A program made the position numbers and the translations under genes. This document shows positions 33,750-45,611 of a stretch of 64,000 nt of DNA, piece after piece. Positions within the stretch are counted from its first letter, which is position 1; every line of letters starts with the position of its first letter. This stretch comes from Malacoraja senta (taxonomy: Eukaryota), in assembly GCA_038087875.1 (NCBI GenBank), contig CM075993.1, positions 5,582,001-5,646,000 of the forward strand, written 5' to 3'. The notes under the pieces are model-generated. The model searched no databases, had not been told where the DNA came from, and saw only the letters and a list, made by a program, of their open reading frames with translations.

Positions 33750-36700
33750 CTATTCAGGAGCTAAACTCCACTGGCGCGACAAGGCGTCAGCCAAGACATT
33801 ATCCTTGCCACGGATATCCCTAGCCAGATACCTACGGAGTTCAGTCCTCGAGGTTGGAGCAGGAAATGCGACAATATGCTCCACCTTTTCCTTGAGAGTA
33901 CGAACCTGACCCCGGCCCACCACCTTACCCAGATACGTTACCGTGGCCTGGCCAAACTCACACTTCCCCAGATTGATAGTTAGCTTTGCCTCCGCTAGAC
34001 GGTGGAATACCTCCTCCAGATGACCAATGTGTTCGATCCACGACCTGGAGCACACAACCAAATCATCAAGGTATGCCTCACAGAAGGACAAACCAGACAA
34101 TACAATGTTGACCAACCGTTGGAAGGTTGCTGGCGCATTGCGCATCCCAAATGCCATTACTGTATACTGCAGAAAGTTATCAGGCGTAACGAACGCAGAG
34201 ATCTCCCTCGCCCGCCCAGTCAAGGGAACTTGCCAATACCCCTTTAACAAGTCCAATTTGGATACACAAGATGCACTTCCCACACGATCCACGCAATCCT
34301 CCATTCGTGGGAGAGGATAGCAATCCGGCTTAGTTACCGCATTGACTTTCCGAAAGTCCATGCAAAACCTGTCCTCCCCATCAGCCTTCATAGCCAGTAG
34401 ACACGGAGAACTCCACGGTCTACAACTAGGTTCAGCAATGCCATGCTGCAGCATATAGTCAACCTGACTCCCTAGACGATGACGCCTGTCAGGGTTGACC
34501 CGATACGGATGCTGTTTAATTGGCGCAGCACCGGCCACGTCAATGTCATGCTGCAGCACAGACGTCTGAGAAGGCACATCCGAGAACAGTGACCCATTTG
34601 ACTTCACCAAAGCAAGCAGATCACCCCGCTGACTTTCAGTCAAATGCGACAACCGCAAGGGAAGCGACTCCAAAGCCTCAGAGTTACACAGCCTTCCCTG
34701 CGTCACTGCCACAGACAACCGTGCCTCACCCACATCACCACCCGTGTCAGGGGGCAGAACCACTGCAGCCAAAACAGGCTTAGACGAAACCGAAGGACAC
34801 AGCACCTCCCCATCAACCTCCACAGGCTCCTGCTCATGGTACTCCTTCATCATGTTGACATGACAGAGCTGAGTCTTACGCCTTCGGTCAGGAGTACCAA
34901 TAACATAATCCCTTTCACCAACCTTCTTAACCACCTGATAGGGACCGCTATACCGAGCCTGCAGACTGGAACCAGGAATAGGCAACAACACCAGGACCTT
35001 GTCACCTGGAGAAAAGTCCCTACTAGAAGCCTTCCTGTCGAACCACCCCTTCATCCTAGACTGAGCAGAAGCAAGATTACCCATTGCCAGTTCGCATGCC
35101 CTCTTCAGTCTAGACCGAAAGGTACAGACGTGGTCTAAAATACTACGTTTTGTATCCTTCTGCAACCATTTCTCCTTTAGGACCCTCAACGGACCACGTA
35201 CAGTATGGGCGAACACCAGGTCAGCAGGACTGAACCCCAAAGACACCTGCACAACCTCACGCACCGCAAACATAACCAGATGAACCCCCTCATCCCAGTC
35301 TTTTTCAAACTCCAGGCAGTAAGTCCTCAACATCGATTTCAAAGTCTGGTGAAACCTCTCGAGAGCTCCCTGGCTCTCAGGGTGATACGCACTGGAGTAA
35401 CAATGTTTAATATCTAAAAACTTCATTACCTGACCAAAAACCTTCGACATGAAGTTGGAACCTTGGTCACTCTGCACCACCTTGGGCAAACCGAACAACG
35501 AAAAAAACTTAGTGAGAGACTTCACAATGATAGGGGCAGTAGTTCTACGCAAAGGGACCACCTCCGGAAAGCGGGTAGACGCACACATAATTGTCAATAA
35601 AAACTTGTTGCCCACTTTTGTCCGAGGTAGAGGACCCACACAATCAACTAGAATTCGCACAAACGGCTCACCGACCACAGGGATTGGATATAAAGGCGCA
35701 GGAACAATCGATTGGTTCGGCTTTCCTGCCACCTGGCAAATGTGACAACACCTGCAATGCTGTTTCACGTCCTTTTTCAACCCTGGCCAAAACAAATTCC
35801 GTAAGATACGGTCATACGTCTTATTGACCCCCAAATGTCCACCCAGAGGACCATCATGGGCCAAACCGAGTATCTCGTCCCTATACCGACGAGGTACCAC
35901 AATCTGATCAACCACGCTCCAATCATCATGCCCAGACATATCCAAGGGAGACCACTTTCGCATCAGTAAGCCCTCCCTTAGAAAAAAACCCTTTGCTGTG
36001 GAATCCATATCCCCCTCAGGCACTGCGCGGTCGAACAGCTCAGATAAACCTGGATCATTCTTTTGCTCCTCAACCAGCCGGTCACGTGACAGCGACACCG
36101 GCCCAATTTCAATCACTATCCCCTCTTGAGATGTAGAAACACCCTTCAACACACAGGATCCCTCATCCTGATCTCCAAAAATGCTCTCACTCAGGTCCAC
36201 TACATCCTCAAACTTCGCCTGGCTCTTAGCCATAGCCCTCGTGACAGCACAAGCTGCGAAGACCCTCGGATGCTGCATAGCCAATCTATCAGGACTCTGC
36301 ACCATCGGCACAGCCCTCACCTCAGGAGTAACTAAAACTCTACCTCCTGCCAAGTCATTGCCCAATATTACTGAAACTCCCTCAACGGGAAAACACGGCC
36401 GTAACCCAATAGTTACCCGGCCTGAAACCAACTGGGACTCGAGACTCACGGTATGCAAAGGCACTACCATGCCATCCATCCCGAATCCTACCACAGGGAC
36501 ACTTGACCCAACCGATGATTCACCAGAAAACGGCAGTACACTCTCCAATATAAAGGACTGAGTAGCACCAGTATCACGCAAGATGGATACTGGAACTCTC
36601 TCACCCCCATCCTCCAGAGAAACAACCCCATTATTGATGAACGCAGAAAAATCCCTACATTCCTCAGACTCAGGCACTTCAGGTACCACAGGTGCCTTCT

Positions 36701-36815
36701 GTGTACCCACCAAAACCACAGTCTTTGCTTTTTTCTGCTTCAGAACGGGACACGCTTTTAAAATGTGCCCTTTCCCTTTACACAGTACCTTCGTTAGTCC
36801 TCCAATTTCCGTCAA
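33750..36815 (-). CDS. Pol: partial Zn knuckle, protease, integrase, RT; RNase H deleted
   Basis: LRDTGA (PR); H..GGHLG..CHIC (IN zinc); DCVGP, SDQGSNF, HPESQGALER (IN core); DFRKVN, LDLLKGYWQ, YLDD (RT); jumps from ELRRYLA to RDIRGKDNVLADALSR. Confidence 0.93.
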   Translation of the reverse strand: MTEIGGLTKVLCKGKGHILKACPVLKQKKAKTVVLVGTQKAPVVPEVPESEECRDFSAFINNGVVSLEDGGERVPVSILRDTGATQSFILESVLPFSGESSVGSSVPVVGFGMDGMVVPLHTVSLESQLVSGRVTIGLRPCFPVEGVSVILGNDLAGGRVLVTPEVRAVPMVQSPDRLAMQHPRVFAACAVTRAMAKSQAKFEDVVDLSESIFGDQDEGSCVLKGVSTSQEGIVIEIGPVSLSRDRLVEEQKNDPGLSELFDRAVPEGDMDSTAKGFFLREGLLMRKWSPLDMSGHDDWSVVDQIVVPRRYRDEILGLAHDGPLGGHLGVNKTYDRILRNLFWPGLKKDVKQHCRCCHICQVAGKPNQSIVPAPLYPIPVVGEPFVRILVDCVGPLPRTKVGNKFLLTIMCASTRFPEVVPLRRTTAPIIVKSLTKFFSLFGLPKVVQSDQGSNFMSKVFGQVMKFLDIKHCYSSAYHPESQGALERFHQTLKSMLRTYCLEFEKDWDEGVHLVMFAVREVVQVSLGFSPADLVFAHTVRGPLRVLKEKWLQKDTKRSILDHVCTFRSRLKRACELAMGNLASAQSRMKGWFDRKASSRDFSPGDKVLVLLPIPGSSLQARYSGPYQVVKKVGERDYVIGTPDRRRKTQLCHVNMMKEYHEQEPVEVDGEVLCPSVSSKPVLAAVVLPPDTGGDVGEARLSVAVTQGRLCNSEALESLPLRLSHLTESQRGDLLALVKSNGSLFSDVPSQTSVLQHDIDVAGAAPIKQHPYRVNPDRRHRLGSQVDYMLQHGIAEPSCRPWSSPCLLAMKADGEDRFCMDFRKVNAVTKPDCYPLPRMEDCVDRVGSASCVSKLDLLKGYWQVPLTGRAREISAFVTPDNFLQYTVMAFGMRNAPATFQRLVNIVLSGLSFCEAYLDDLVVCSRSWIEHIGHLEEVFHRLAEAKLTINLGKCEFGQATVTYLGKVVGRGQVRTLKEKVEHIVAFPAPTSRTELRRYLARDIRGKDNVLADALSRQWSLAPE

Positions 36816-37854
36816 CCTTATCAGCTCGGACTTCCCCCTGTATCAACGTGCTGCCCTTTGCAGGCACAGAAACACCTTTGACACTGCCACCGGCGACACC
36901 ACCATGATCAACCGGCCGTGCACCAAAACTGTAGGGTCGCCCAACAAAATCAGTTTTATGAGTCAATACATACTCATCTGCCAACACCGCGGCCTTAGAC
37001 ATCTCATTCACCTTCTGCTCATTAAGGTAAGTAGTAACCCTCTCAGGGAGACAGTTCTTAAAGTCTTCCATAATCATCAAGGCCTGCAGTTGCCCATCAT
37101 CCTTCACTCCTTGAGAAACGCACCACCTGTCAAAAAGTGCCTCCTTCTCCCTAGCAAACTCCACATAAGCCTGACTATCAAACTTCCTAAAGCGCCGGAA
37201 TTTCTGCCGGTACGCCTCTGGAACTAATTCATAAGCCCTTAATACTGTAGACTTCACACTCTCATAGTCCAGACTGCTTTCAACAGACAAAGACGAGCAC
37301 ACATCCCGTGCTTTACCCACAAGAACACACTGCAATAGCAAGGTCCACACGTCCCTAGGCCACTTCAAGGACAAAGCCACCCGTTCAAACACTGTGAAAA
37401 ACTTGTCCACATCTTTCTCACTAAAGGGGGGAACTAGGCGGATGTTCTTGCTCATATCAAACTCCCGTTCCCTAGAAGGAACCCGGGAGGCATCCAATTC
37501 CTTCTCCCGCAGCCTAATCTGTGCCCTCTTGGTTTCCTCCTCAGCCCCACGCAGCTGAATCTCTGCTCTTTTGGTCTCCTCCGCTCTCATTGCCAGCTCT
37601 AACTCCTTCAACCTAATGACTGCCTCCATGTCCTGACCAGGCTGAACAGAAGGTGTGGGACTGTCTGCACAGCCAGGCAAAACTCCACCCTCCACCAACG
37701 CAGCCCACAACACCGATTTAATTACCTGTTTCTTTGCATGTGGGTCAATAGGCACTTCATAGTTCCCTGCCAGAAAAATCAAATGCTCCTTCGTACATCT
37801 ATCAAACAACTCCCGACTAGGAGCCTCAATAAAGTCCTTCCCTTTAGACTCCAT
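36778..37854 (-). CDS. Gag with SCAN-like capsid domain
   Basis: LVPPFSEKDVDKFF..LLQCVLVGKA..YELVPEAYRQKFR..FDRW..MEDFKNCLP..AAVLADEY. Confidence 0.9.
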   Translation of the reverse strand: MESKGKDFIEAPSRELFDRCTKEHLIFLAGNYEVPIDPHAKKQVIKSVLWAALVEGGVLPGCADSPTPSVQPGQDMEAVIRLKELELAMRAEETKRAEIQLRGAEEETKRAQIRLREKELDASRVPSREREFDMSKNIRLVPPFSEKDVDKFFTVFERVALSLKWPRDVWTLLLQCVLVGKARDVCSSLSVESSLDYESVKSTVLRAYELVPEAYRQKFRRFRKFDSQAYVEFAREKEALFDRWCVSQGVKDDGQLQALMIMEDFKNCLPERVTTYLNEQKVNEMSKAAVLADEYVLTHKTDFVGRPYSFGARPVDHGGVAGGSVKGVSVPAKGSTLIQGEVRADKVDGNWRTNEGTV

Positions 37855-38009
37855 ATCAAATGTAGCACCAAACCACGAGCTAAACCGTGGGCACCAATGC
37901 TATCACAAACAGGGGGAAAAAATTCCCTCACAACACAGACTTCCTTATTCACCAGAAGCCTTCCAAAAAAAAAAAACAACCCAAAAACGTCAAGGGTCCT
38001 CAAAACTTA

Positions 38010-38022
38010 GGACGAGCCCCCA
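38010..38022 (-). promoter_or_regulatory. Primer-binding site, tRNA-Pro
   Basis: Minus strand TGGGGGCTCGTCC, 3 nt after the 5' LTR; matches the first 13 nt of the MLV-type tRNA-Pro PBS. Confidence 0.9.
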
Positions 38023-38025
38023 TTT

Positions 38026-38598
38026 TGTTACGACTCCACGAAAGCAGGTAATCCAGAGCCGCGCAACATAGTTCAAAAGCCAGGTTTAAGTTAAAAAATA
38101 GTTTAATTATTTAATAACACACCAAAACTCAAACCTGCTTCAAACAACCCAGACAAGGATATGAATGGATTAACAAACAACTTAAAAGTGCTCAGGCCAG
38201 CCACGCGATGGACCGTCGAACCTGAGACTCTAAACCTGCCTAAAAGAAATCTAACCCTGAAACAAAAGACCGAAAACTTCTAAGGACAGCCCAATTCAAT
38301 ATTTGGTACTACGTAATGTTGAAATTACACGAAGTTCTATGCCATGTGGCCAGGCCTTCCACAGCTCACACCAACAATCAGCTCACGAGGCAGGGGCGTC
38401 GAAGAAAGAGAGAGAATTCTGGGAACTCTGGTATTTATGCTGGGGATGAGTCACCCGTCACCTGACACAGCTTGGCCAATCGGGTACAGGATCCTTTTAA
38501 CCCCTTGATGTCCAGACTCACGCCACGAGGCCTGCACTCGGGAAAGAAACAGAGAAATGTTAATACACAACATTGACCAGGAGGGGGAGCGCCTAACA
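38026..38598 (-). repeat. 5' LTR
   Basis: About 11 substitutions and no indels versus the 3' LTR by manual count; contains CCAAT, TGAGTCA and a CATAAATA TATA-like box on the minus strand. Confidence 0.97.
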
Positions 38599-41121
38599 CG
38601 TGTCCAAACCCTTAATAATCTTATATATTTCAATAAGATCCCCTCTCATCCTTCTAAATTCCAGAGTATACAAGCCCAGTTGCTCCATTCTCTCAGCATA
38701 TGACAGTCCTGCCATCCCGGGAATTAACCTTGTGAACCTACGCTGCACTCCCTCAATAGTAAGAATGTCCTTCCTCAAATTTGGAGACCAAAACTGCACA
38801 CAATACTCCAGGTGTGGTCTCACTAGGGCTCTGTGCCTGCAGAAGGATCTCTTTGCTCCTATACTCAACTCCTCTAGTAATAGAGGCAGGAAATGTTCCC
38901 GATGGCTTTAAACACACTGTGTTCACAGGAATATGTGTTGTATCCCTGTGTAAGATGGAAAATGAAAGTGTCTTGGGGTATTATTAAGAGTAACATTGCA
39001 TAGTGCGGGAAATGTGCTGATCCAGCACTTACAGAGGTCCTGATGGTGCTGGATAATTGGAGATGTGTCGGGCTGGCACAAGGGAGGAACATGTTTAGGT
39101 TTATTATTGTCATGTGTACCAAGGTACCGTGATAAACTTTGATTTGCATGTGATCCAAACAGATCAGATATACCATAAATGCAATCAAGTACAATAGATA
39201 CAGGATGCAGAATATAGTTCTCAGCATTGTAGAAACATAGAATCATAGAAACATAGAAAATAGGTGCAGGAGGATGCCATTCGGCCCTTTGAGCCAGCAC
39301 AGCCATTCATTGTGATCATGGCTGATCGTCCCCTATCAATAACCCATGCTTGCCTTCTCCCCATATCCCTTGACTCCACTAGCCCCTAGAGCTCTATCTA
39401 ACTCTCTCTTAAATTATCACGTGATTTTGCCTCCACTGCCCTCTGTGGCAGGGAATTCCATAAATTCTGAACTCTCTGGGTGAAAAAGTTTTTTCTCACC
39501 TCAGTCTTAAATGGCCTCCCCTTTATTCTAAGACTGTGTGGCCCCTGGTTCTGGACTCGCCCAACATTGGGAACATTTTTTCCTGCATCTAGCTTGTCCA
39601 GTCCTTTTATAATTTTATATGTTTCTATAAGATACCCCCTCATCCTTCTAAACTCCAGTGAATACAAGCCTATTTTTTTCAATCTTTCCTCATATGACAG
39701 TCCCGCCATCCCAGGGATCAATCTCGTGAACCTACGCTGCACTGCCTCAATCACAAGGATGTCCTTTCCCAAATTAGGAGACCAAAACTGTACACAATAC
39801 TCCAGATGTGGTCTCACCAGAGCCCTATACAACTGCAGAAGAACCTCTTTATTCCTATACTGAAATAATCTTGTTATGAAGGCCAACATTCCATTAGCTT
39901 TCATCACTGCCTGCTGGACCTGTAGCGCATCAGTTCCATGGACAAGTCCAATGTCTGCACTGGTGTAGAGCCTACCTTAGCTTATGGACTGACCGTTCAG
40001 ACGCCTGATAACAGAGGGGAAGAACTTGTTCCTGAGTCTGGTGTTACGCACTTTCATGCTTTTTCACCTTCTGTCAGATGGGAGGGAAGAGAAGAATGAA
40101 TGACAGGGGTGGGATATCTTTGATTATGTTAGAGATACAGCATGGAAACAGCCCTTCGGCCCACCAAGTCCACACCGACTAGCGATCCCAGACACTAGTT
40201 CTATCCCGCACACTGGGGACAATTTACAGAAGCCAATTAACCTACGAACCCGTATGTCTTTGGGATGTGGGAGGAAACCAGAGCACCCAGAGAAAACCCA
40301 CGCGGTCACAGGGTCAACGTACAAACTCCGCACAGACGACACCTGTGGTCAGGATCGAACCCGCGTCTCTGGCGCTGTAAGGCAGCAACTCTACCGCTGC
40401 GCCACTGTGACGTCCTCAAAGCTCAGCTGTTGGCTGCTTTTCTGAGGCAGAGAAACATGTAGATGGAGTCCATGGTGGAATGTCTGGTCTGTGTGATGGA
40501 CTGGGCTACATCTACCAACTCTGCGACTTCCTGAGGGGGTTTGTTTGCCTGAGCTGTCCCACCGCGAGGGCCAACCCTGCCCATCTTGTGGATAAAGAGT
40601 CCCATTTCTTGCAGCCTTTTCCCAATATCCCAAAGTGCTTTGTGTACCTGACGCAGTTTGACATAAGGTCACTGCAGCCACGTAGGAAACCAGATGCGGC
40701 AAGTTCCCACAGTCAGTCATCGCTAGCAGACAGGAGCTCCGTGCTAACACTGGTCATTGAAGGCTAAATATTGGCCAGGACCCAGAGGAGGTCTCCCCTG
40801 CTGCTCTGCAAAGTAGAACAAAGGGATCTTTTCTGCCCACTGAGTGGGCAGATAGGTGGCGGATTCAATGCCCCATCCCTAAGGCAGTACCTCTGACAGT
40901 GCAGCACTCCTTCAGAGGTCAAGCCTCCAAGTTTGGGTTTGGGTTTCTGGAATTGGACTCAAGCAGCCTTCTGACTTCAAGGCCAGGGTTATACCACCTA
41001 TTTCACATCTTAAGGCCCTGCAAGGATATGGGTTATGTGGAGGCAGAGGTGATTAGTTTAATTCTTCATCATGTTCTGCACAGACATTGCGGGCCGAAGG
41101 GCCTGTTCCTGTGCTGTACTG

Positions 41122-42940
41122 TTCTTGGTTCTTGGTTTCTTGGTCCTCCAAAATATTCCAAATGGAATTTAAACTGGAGGTGGTGGAGGGAGGACTTAAG
41201 CCAGAAAGGGTTTTTGGGAAGAAAGAGCTACCTTAAATTTAGTTGCATCTGGTTGGGTAACTAAAGTAAGGTGGAGATTATTCCATGCTTTAATTGTGCG
41301 GGGGAAGAATGAATTGCTGTACACATCTGTCTTGGTAGCTGGAATCTCAAATTGGATCGAATGCCCTCGTCTGCTCCTAGTTGGTTCGGGTTTGGTGTAG
41401 ATCTTGTAATCTATGTCGAGCTGACCATTTAACATTTTGTAAAAACAGGTCAAACGGTGAGCTTCACGTCTGTCTTGGAGAGGGTTCCACCCCAGAGAAT
41501 TCAGAAGTTTGGTAACACTCGCTTCTCTCTCATAGGTGTTAGTAACAAATCGAGCTGCCTGTCTTTGGACACGTTCGATGGAAGAAATGTTTTTGTTTGT
41601 GTATGGGTCCCATGCTGCAACTGCGTAGTCCAAATGAGGTCTAACGAGGGTGAAGTATAGCTTCTCCTTGACAGAAGTTGAACAATGATGAAAGTTGCGC
41701 CTCAGAAAATTTAGGACACCTGTTGCTTTCACCGTTGCATGATGAGTCTGACCATTCCAGCGCAGATCATTCTGCAATTTGATGCCAAGATACTTGGTTT
41801 GTTTGGATTCTTCAAGGGTGGTACCAAGTATATTGTACGATGTTTCGCCTGGATTCCTCTTTCTGGTGACACGCATGGTTTCACATTTGGAAGGGTTGAA
41901 CTGCATGCCCCATTGGTGTGACCACTCAACCATTGTATCGAGGTCCTTTTGGAGAGCATCTTCATCATCAGCTGACTTAATTGGACGGTACAGCAAACAA
42001 TCATCAGCGAATAGTCTGGTCGTGCTTGCGACTTTTTCATGGATGTCGTTTATGTAAAGCAAAAACAGATGTGGGCCAAGTACTGTGCCCTGAGGTGTAC
42101 CACTCAACACTGGATGCCAATTGGAGCTCTTTCCGTTCACACACACACACGCTGAAGACGTTTTGTCAGGAAACTGGAAATCCATCGTTTCGTGTTGGAA
42201 CGAATACCATAGAAGTCAAGCTTCCGAAGCAGTCTCTGGTGTGGGATGACATCAAATGCTTTAGAAAAGTCCAGCACTACTAAATCCGTGATGACATTAC
42301 CATCAAGATGTTTGGCCAGGTCATTTGTCGTCAGGATAAGCTGAGACTCACATGATCTATGCCTCCTAAATGCATGTTGGTTGTCAGCAAGAATATTATG
42401 TTTGCTCACGTGTCGCATCAGATTACTATCAATTACATGCTCCAGTAATTTGCAGCAAGTACTTGTTAATGAAACAGGACGATAATTCGCTGGGTTGGTG
42501 GTTGAACCCTTCTTAAAGAGAGGAGTGATGTTAGCCTTCCTCCAATCCAGCAGAACATCACCTGAGTCAAGCGATTGTTGGAAAATGAACTGCAAAACAG
42601 GAGCCAGTTCTTCGGCCGCGATCTTGAGGGCTTGATTCTGTATCTGATCTGGTCCAATTGCTTTTGTGGTATTGATGTTGAGCAATAACTTCTTGACACC
42701 TTCAACCTCAATTTTAATAGCAGGCATATCAGCATACGGGCTGGGCGGTAGAACTGGAAATGATGAAGGCTCCATATCTTCCCGGGTGAAAACGTGTTGG
42801 AATTGGTTTGCAAGAGCTTCTGCTTTTGCCTGGTCCTCAGTGATCAGACAGTTGTTCACTTTAAGCATCTGGACACCAGTGTTGTCTGTCCGTCTGGATT
42901 TCACAAATCTCCAAAAAGCCTTGGGTTGCTCTCCCCCATG
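41122..42940 (-). mobile_element. CR1-group LINE of a divergent, invertebrate-like type, 5'-truncated
   Basis: RT ORF with one frameshift in a (TG)n run near 42140; NYRPVSLTS, DFSKAFD, GTPQGTVLGP, LFADDC, SFFPRTIKAWNNL; (CCAAGAA)n tail. Confidence 0.85.
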
Positions 42941-42997
42941 TTCTGTTATAGCATAGCATTTGATCGGTGGCTGCTTAGCTGTTGAATGTAAGATCTT

Positions 42998-44820
42998 TTT
43001 TTTAATTTTTTTTAATTTTTATTTATTAGAAGTACATTACATTACAACCACATACATTAGTACTTGTCATTTATATCTTCTTACAATTAATGTACTCCAT
43101 TTATTTTTTACACTAGAAAAGGAAAAGATTGAAAGAAAGAAGAAAGTGAAGGAAAAAGTGAAAGTGTAGGAAATGTGACAACAAAAAAGGACGAAGACTC
43201 TATAAGAGCAAAATTAAAAACAAAAGAAAAAGAGTTAAGAAATAGACCCTAGGAAAGAAAGAGAAAGAGAAAGAGGAAAAAGAGAGAAACAAATATTTTT
43301 ATGAGCATTACGTAAATGGGACATACCAACTCTTCAACTATCATCCCCCCTTACCTGACCTCAATTTTTTTTTAAGTACTTTTGCACCCTATGTTTGTAA
43401 TAATTCTATAAATGCAGACCACGTCAGGTGGAAGTGATCTGGATTACCTGCTAGGAGGAGTCTTATCTCTTCTAGGTGTAATGTTTCAAACATATTTGAA
43501 ATCCACATATTTATAGTTGGTATTGGAGCCTTCTTCCAAAATTTTAGAATTAGCTTTTTTCCAGTTATTAACCCATAGTCCATTAGTTTCTTTTGAAACA
43601 CATTTAGTTCTGGACCATCTTCCGTTATACCGAAGATAATCCATTCTGCTTTGGGTATCAGTCTTGTTTTAAATAACTTTGTAAAGATTTCAAAAATTTC
43701 ATTCCAAAATTTTTGAATTTTTGTACAAGAAACGAATGAGTGCGCTATAGTAGCTTCTTGGGATTGACATTTATCACAAATAGATGATACATTTGGGAAA
43801 ATTTTATGAATTTTAGTTTTCGAATAATATAATCTATGTAAAATTTTAAATTGTATTAAAGTGTGTCTTACATTAATCGAGCATTTATGCACGTTTAATA
43901 AGTATTCATTCCAACTTTCCTTTGAAATTTTAATAGCTAACTCTTGTTCCCAGTCTCTTCTGATACCCTCCGTAGATGGTATTTGTACATTTAAGATAAT
44001 ATTATACAAATATGATATTAAGTTTGCTGATTCCGCTTTTATCTGCATTGCCTCGTCCAATACATCTACTGGGTTATTATAATGATCTTTTGTATATTTT
44101 TTCAAATAGTCGCATATTTGAAAATATTTAAAATATTGATTATTTCCGAGTTTATATTTTATTTGTAATTGTTGAAATGAAAGTAATTTTCCAGTTTCAT
44201 ACAAGTCACCAAGCGTTTTAATTCCTAATCTATCCCATTGTGTATAAGCTTTATCTATAATAGAAGGATTAAACAAAGGGTTATTGACTATAGGTAATAA
44301 AAGTGATAAATTTCTTAATTTTAAATTTTGTTTTATTTGTTTCCAAATTCGGATTGTACTATGAATAATTGGGTTCTTATTATAATTTATGTTATTCAAT
44401 TTCATTGGAGAGAGGAGGATCGCTCCAATGTTTCTAGAGGAGCAATCCTCTTTCTCCATTACAATCCAGTCCACTTGCTGGGCGGAGTTATCCATCAGTT
44501 GAATCATATTTTTAATATTTACTGACCAATAATAATACATAAAATTAGGTAGTGCTAAACCCCCTAATACTTTAGGTTTATTCAGATGAGTTTTTTGTAT
44601 TCTATGTGATTTATAGTCCCATATAAAATTAGTGATATCTGAGTCGAGTTTTTTTAAAAACTTCTTTGGTAAGTATATAGGAATTGATTGAAATAGGTAT
44701 AAAATTTGTGGTAAAAAGATCATTTTTATTGCGTTTATTCGGCCTATTAAAGACATCGGGAGCGTTTTCCAGAATTTAATTAGTGTGTTTAATTTATTAA
44801 GTAAGGGGTCAAAATTTGCC
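42998..44820 (-). mobile_element. L1-clade LINE, 5'-truncated
   Basis: Open ORF2 C-terminus (WKTLPMSLIGRINAIKM..CDKC..H..C), 3' UTR, AATAAA and A-rich tail; 15-bp TSD TGAATGTAAGATCTT (42983-42997, 44821-44835). A related tail fragment lies at about 8608-8710. Confidence 0.92.
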
Positions 44821-45611
44821 TGAATGTAAGATCTTGAGGAGGATAAAGACTTCTCAAAAACCGGCACACAACTAATGTGAATGGCTTTTAGACAAAATTG
44901 CTGGAGAAACTCAGCGGGTGCAGCAGCATCTATGGAGCGAATGAAATAGGCAACGTTTCGGGCCGAAACCCTTCTTCAGACTGATGTGAGCGTGCGGGGG
45001 GGGGGGGGGGGGGGGCGGGAAGAAGAAAGGAAGAGATGGAGCCAGTGGGCTGAGGGAGAGCTGAGAAGGGGAGGAGAAAGCAAGGACTACCTGAAATTAG
45101 AGAAGTCAATGTTCATGCCGCTGGGGTGTAAACTGCCCAAGTGAAATATGAGGTGCTGCTCCTCCAATTTACGGTGGTCCTCACTCAGGCCATGGAGGAG
45201 GCCCAGGACTGGGACACTAATGTGAATGGCTTTGTCACTTTATATCTATTTTATATCGCAAAGTATTGACAGCCCAGAAACAATCCTTCTAGACTGCTGT
45301 ATTTCTCCTGCCTGCCCACCAGTGTGAAGAAGGATCCCAAGCTGAAACATCATCTGTCCATCCTCTCCACAGATGCTGCCTGACCCACTGAGTCCCTCCA
45401 GCACACTGGCCGCATCACCCTTGCCTTCCATTCCTTTATCCAGTTTCCCCTTAAAAAACAGATACTTAATTTGTGTCAAGTATTCAGTGTGCGAGCGAGT
45501 TAAACATCCCTACAGTTCCAAGGGTGAAGAATATTCCCAAGGACTGCACTTTGGATGTATGAATGACTATCAATATGGTCCACAAATCTACGCCTCACCC
45601 ATATTTATTAA

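Larger units (their letters stand above)
33111..38598 (-). mobile_element. Full-length Gmr1-type Ty3/Gypsy LTR retrotransposon inserted in a CR1 copy
   Basis: Two 573-bp TG..CA LTRs, 5-bp TSD CGTGT (33106-33110, 38599-38603), PBS, PPT, gag and pol; CR1 sequence continues across the site. Confidence 0.97.

Noticed and set aside
15121..37854. ZNF fragment plus SCAN-like Gag as a ZSCAN29 orthologue (human neighbour of TUBGCP4)
   Set aside because: The SCAN-like domain belongs to a young LTR element and the fingers are broken; treated as coincidence.
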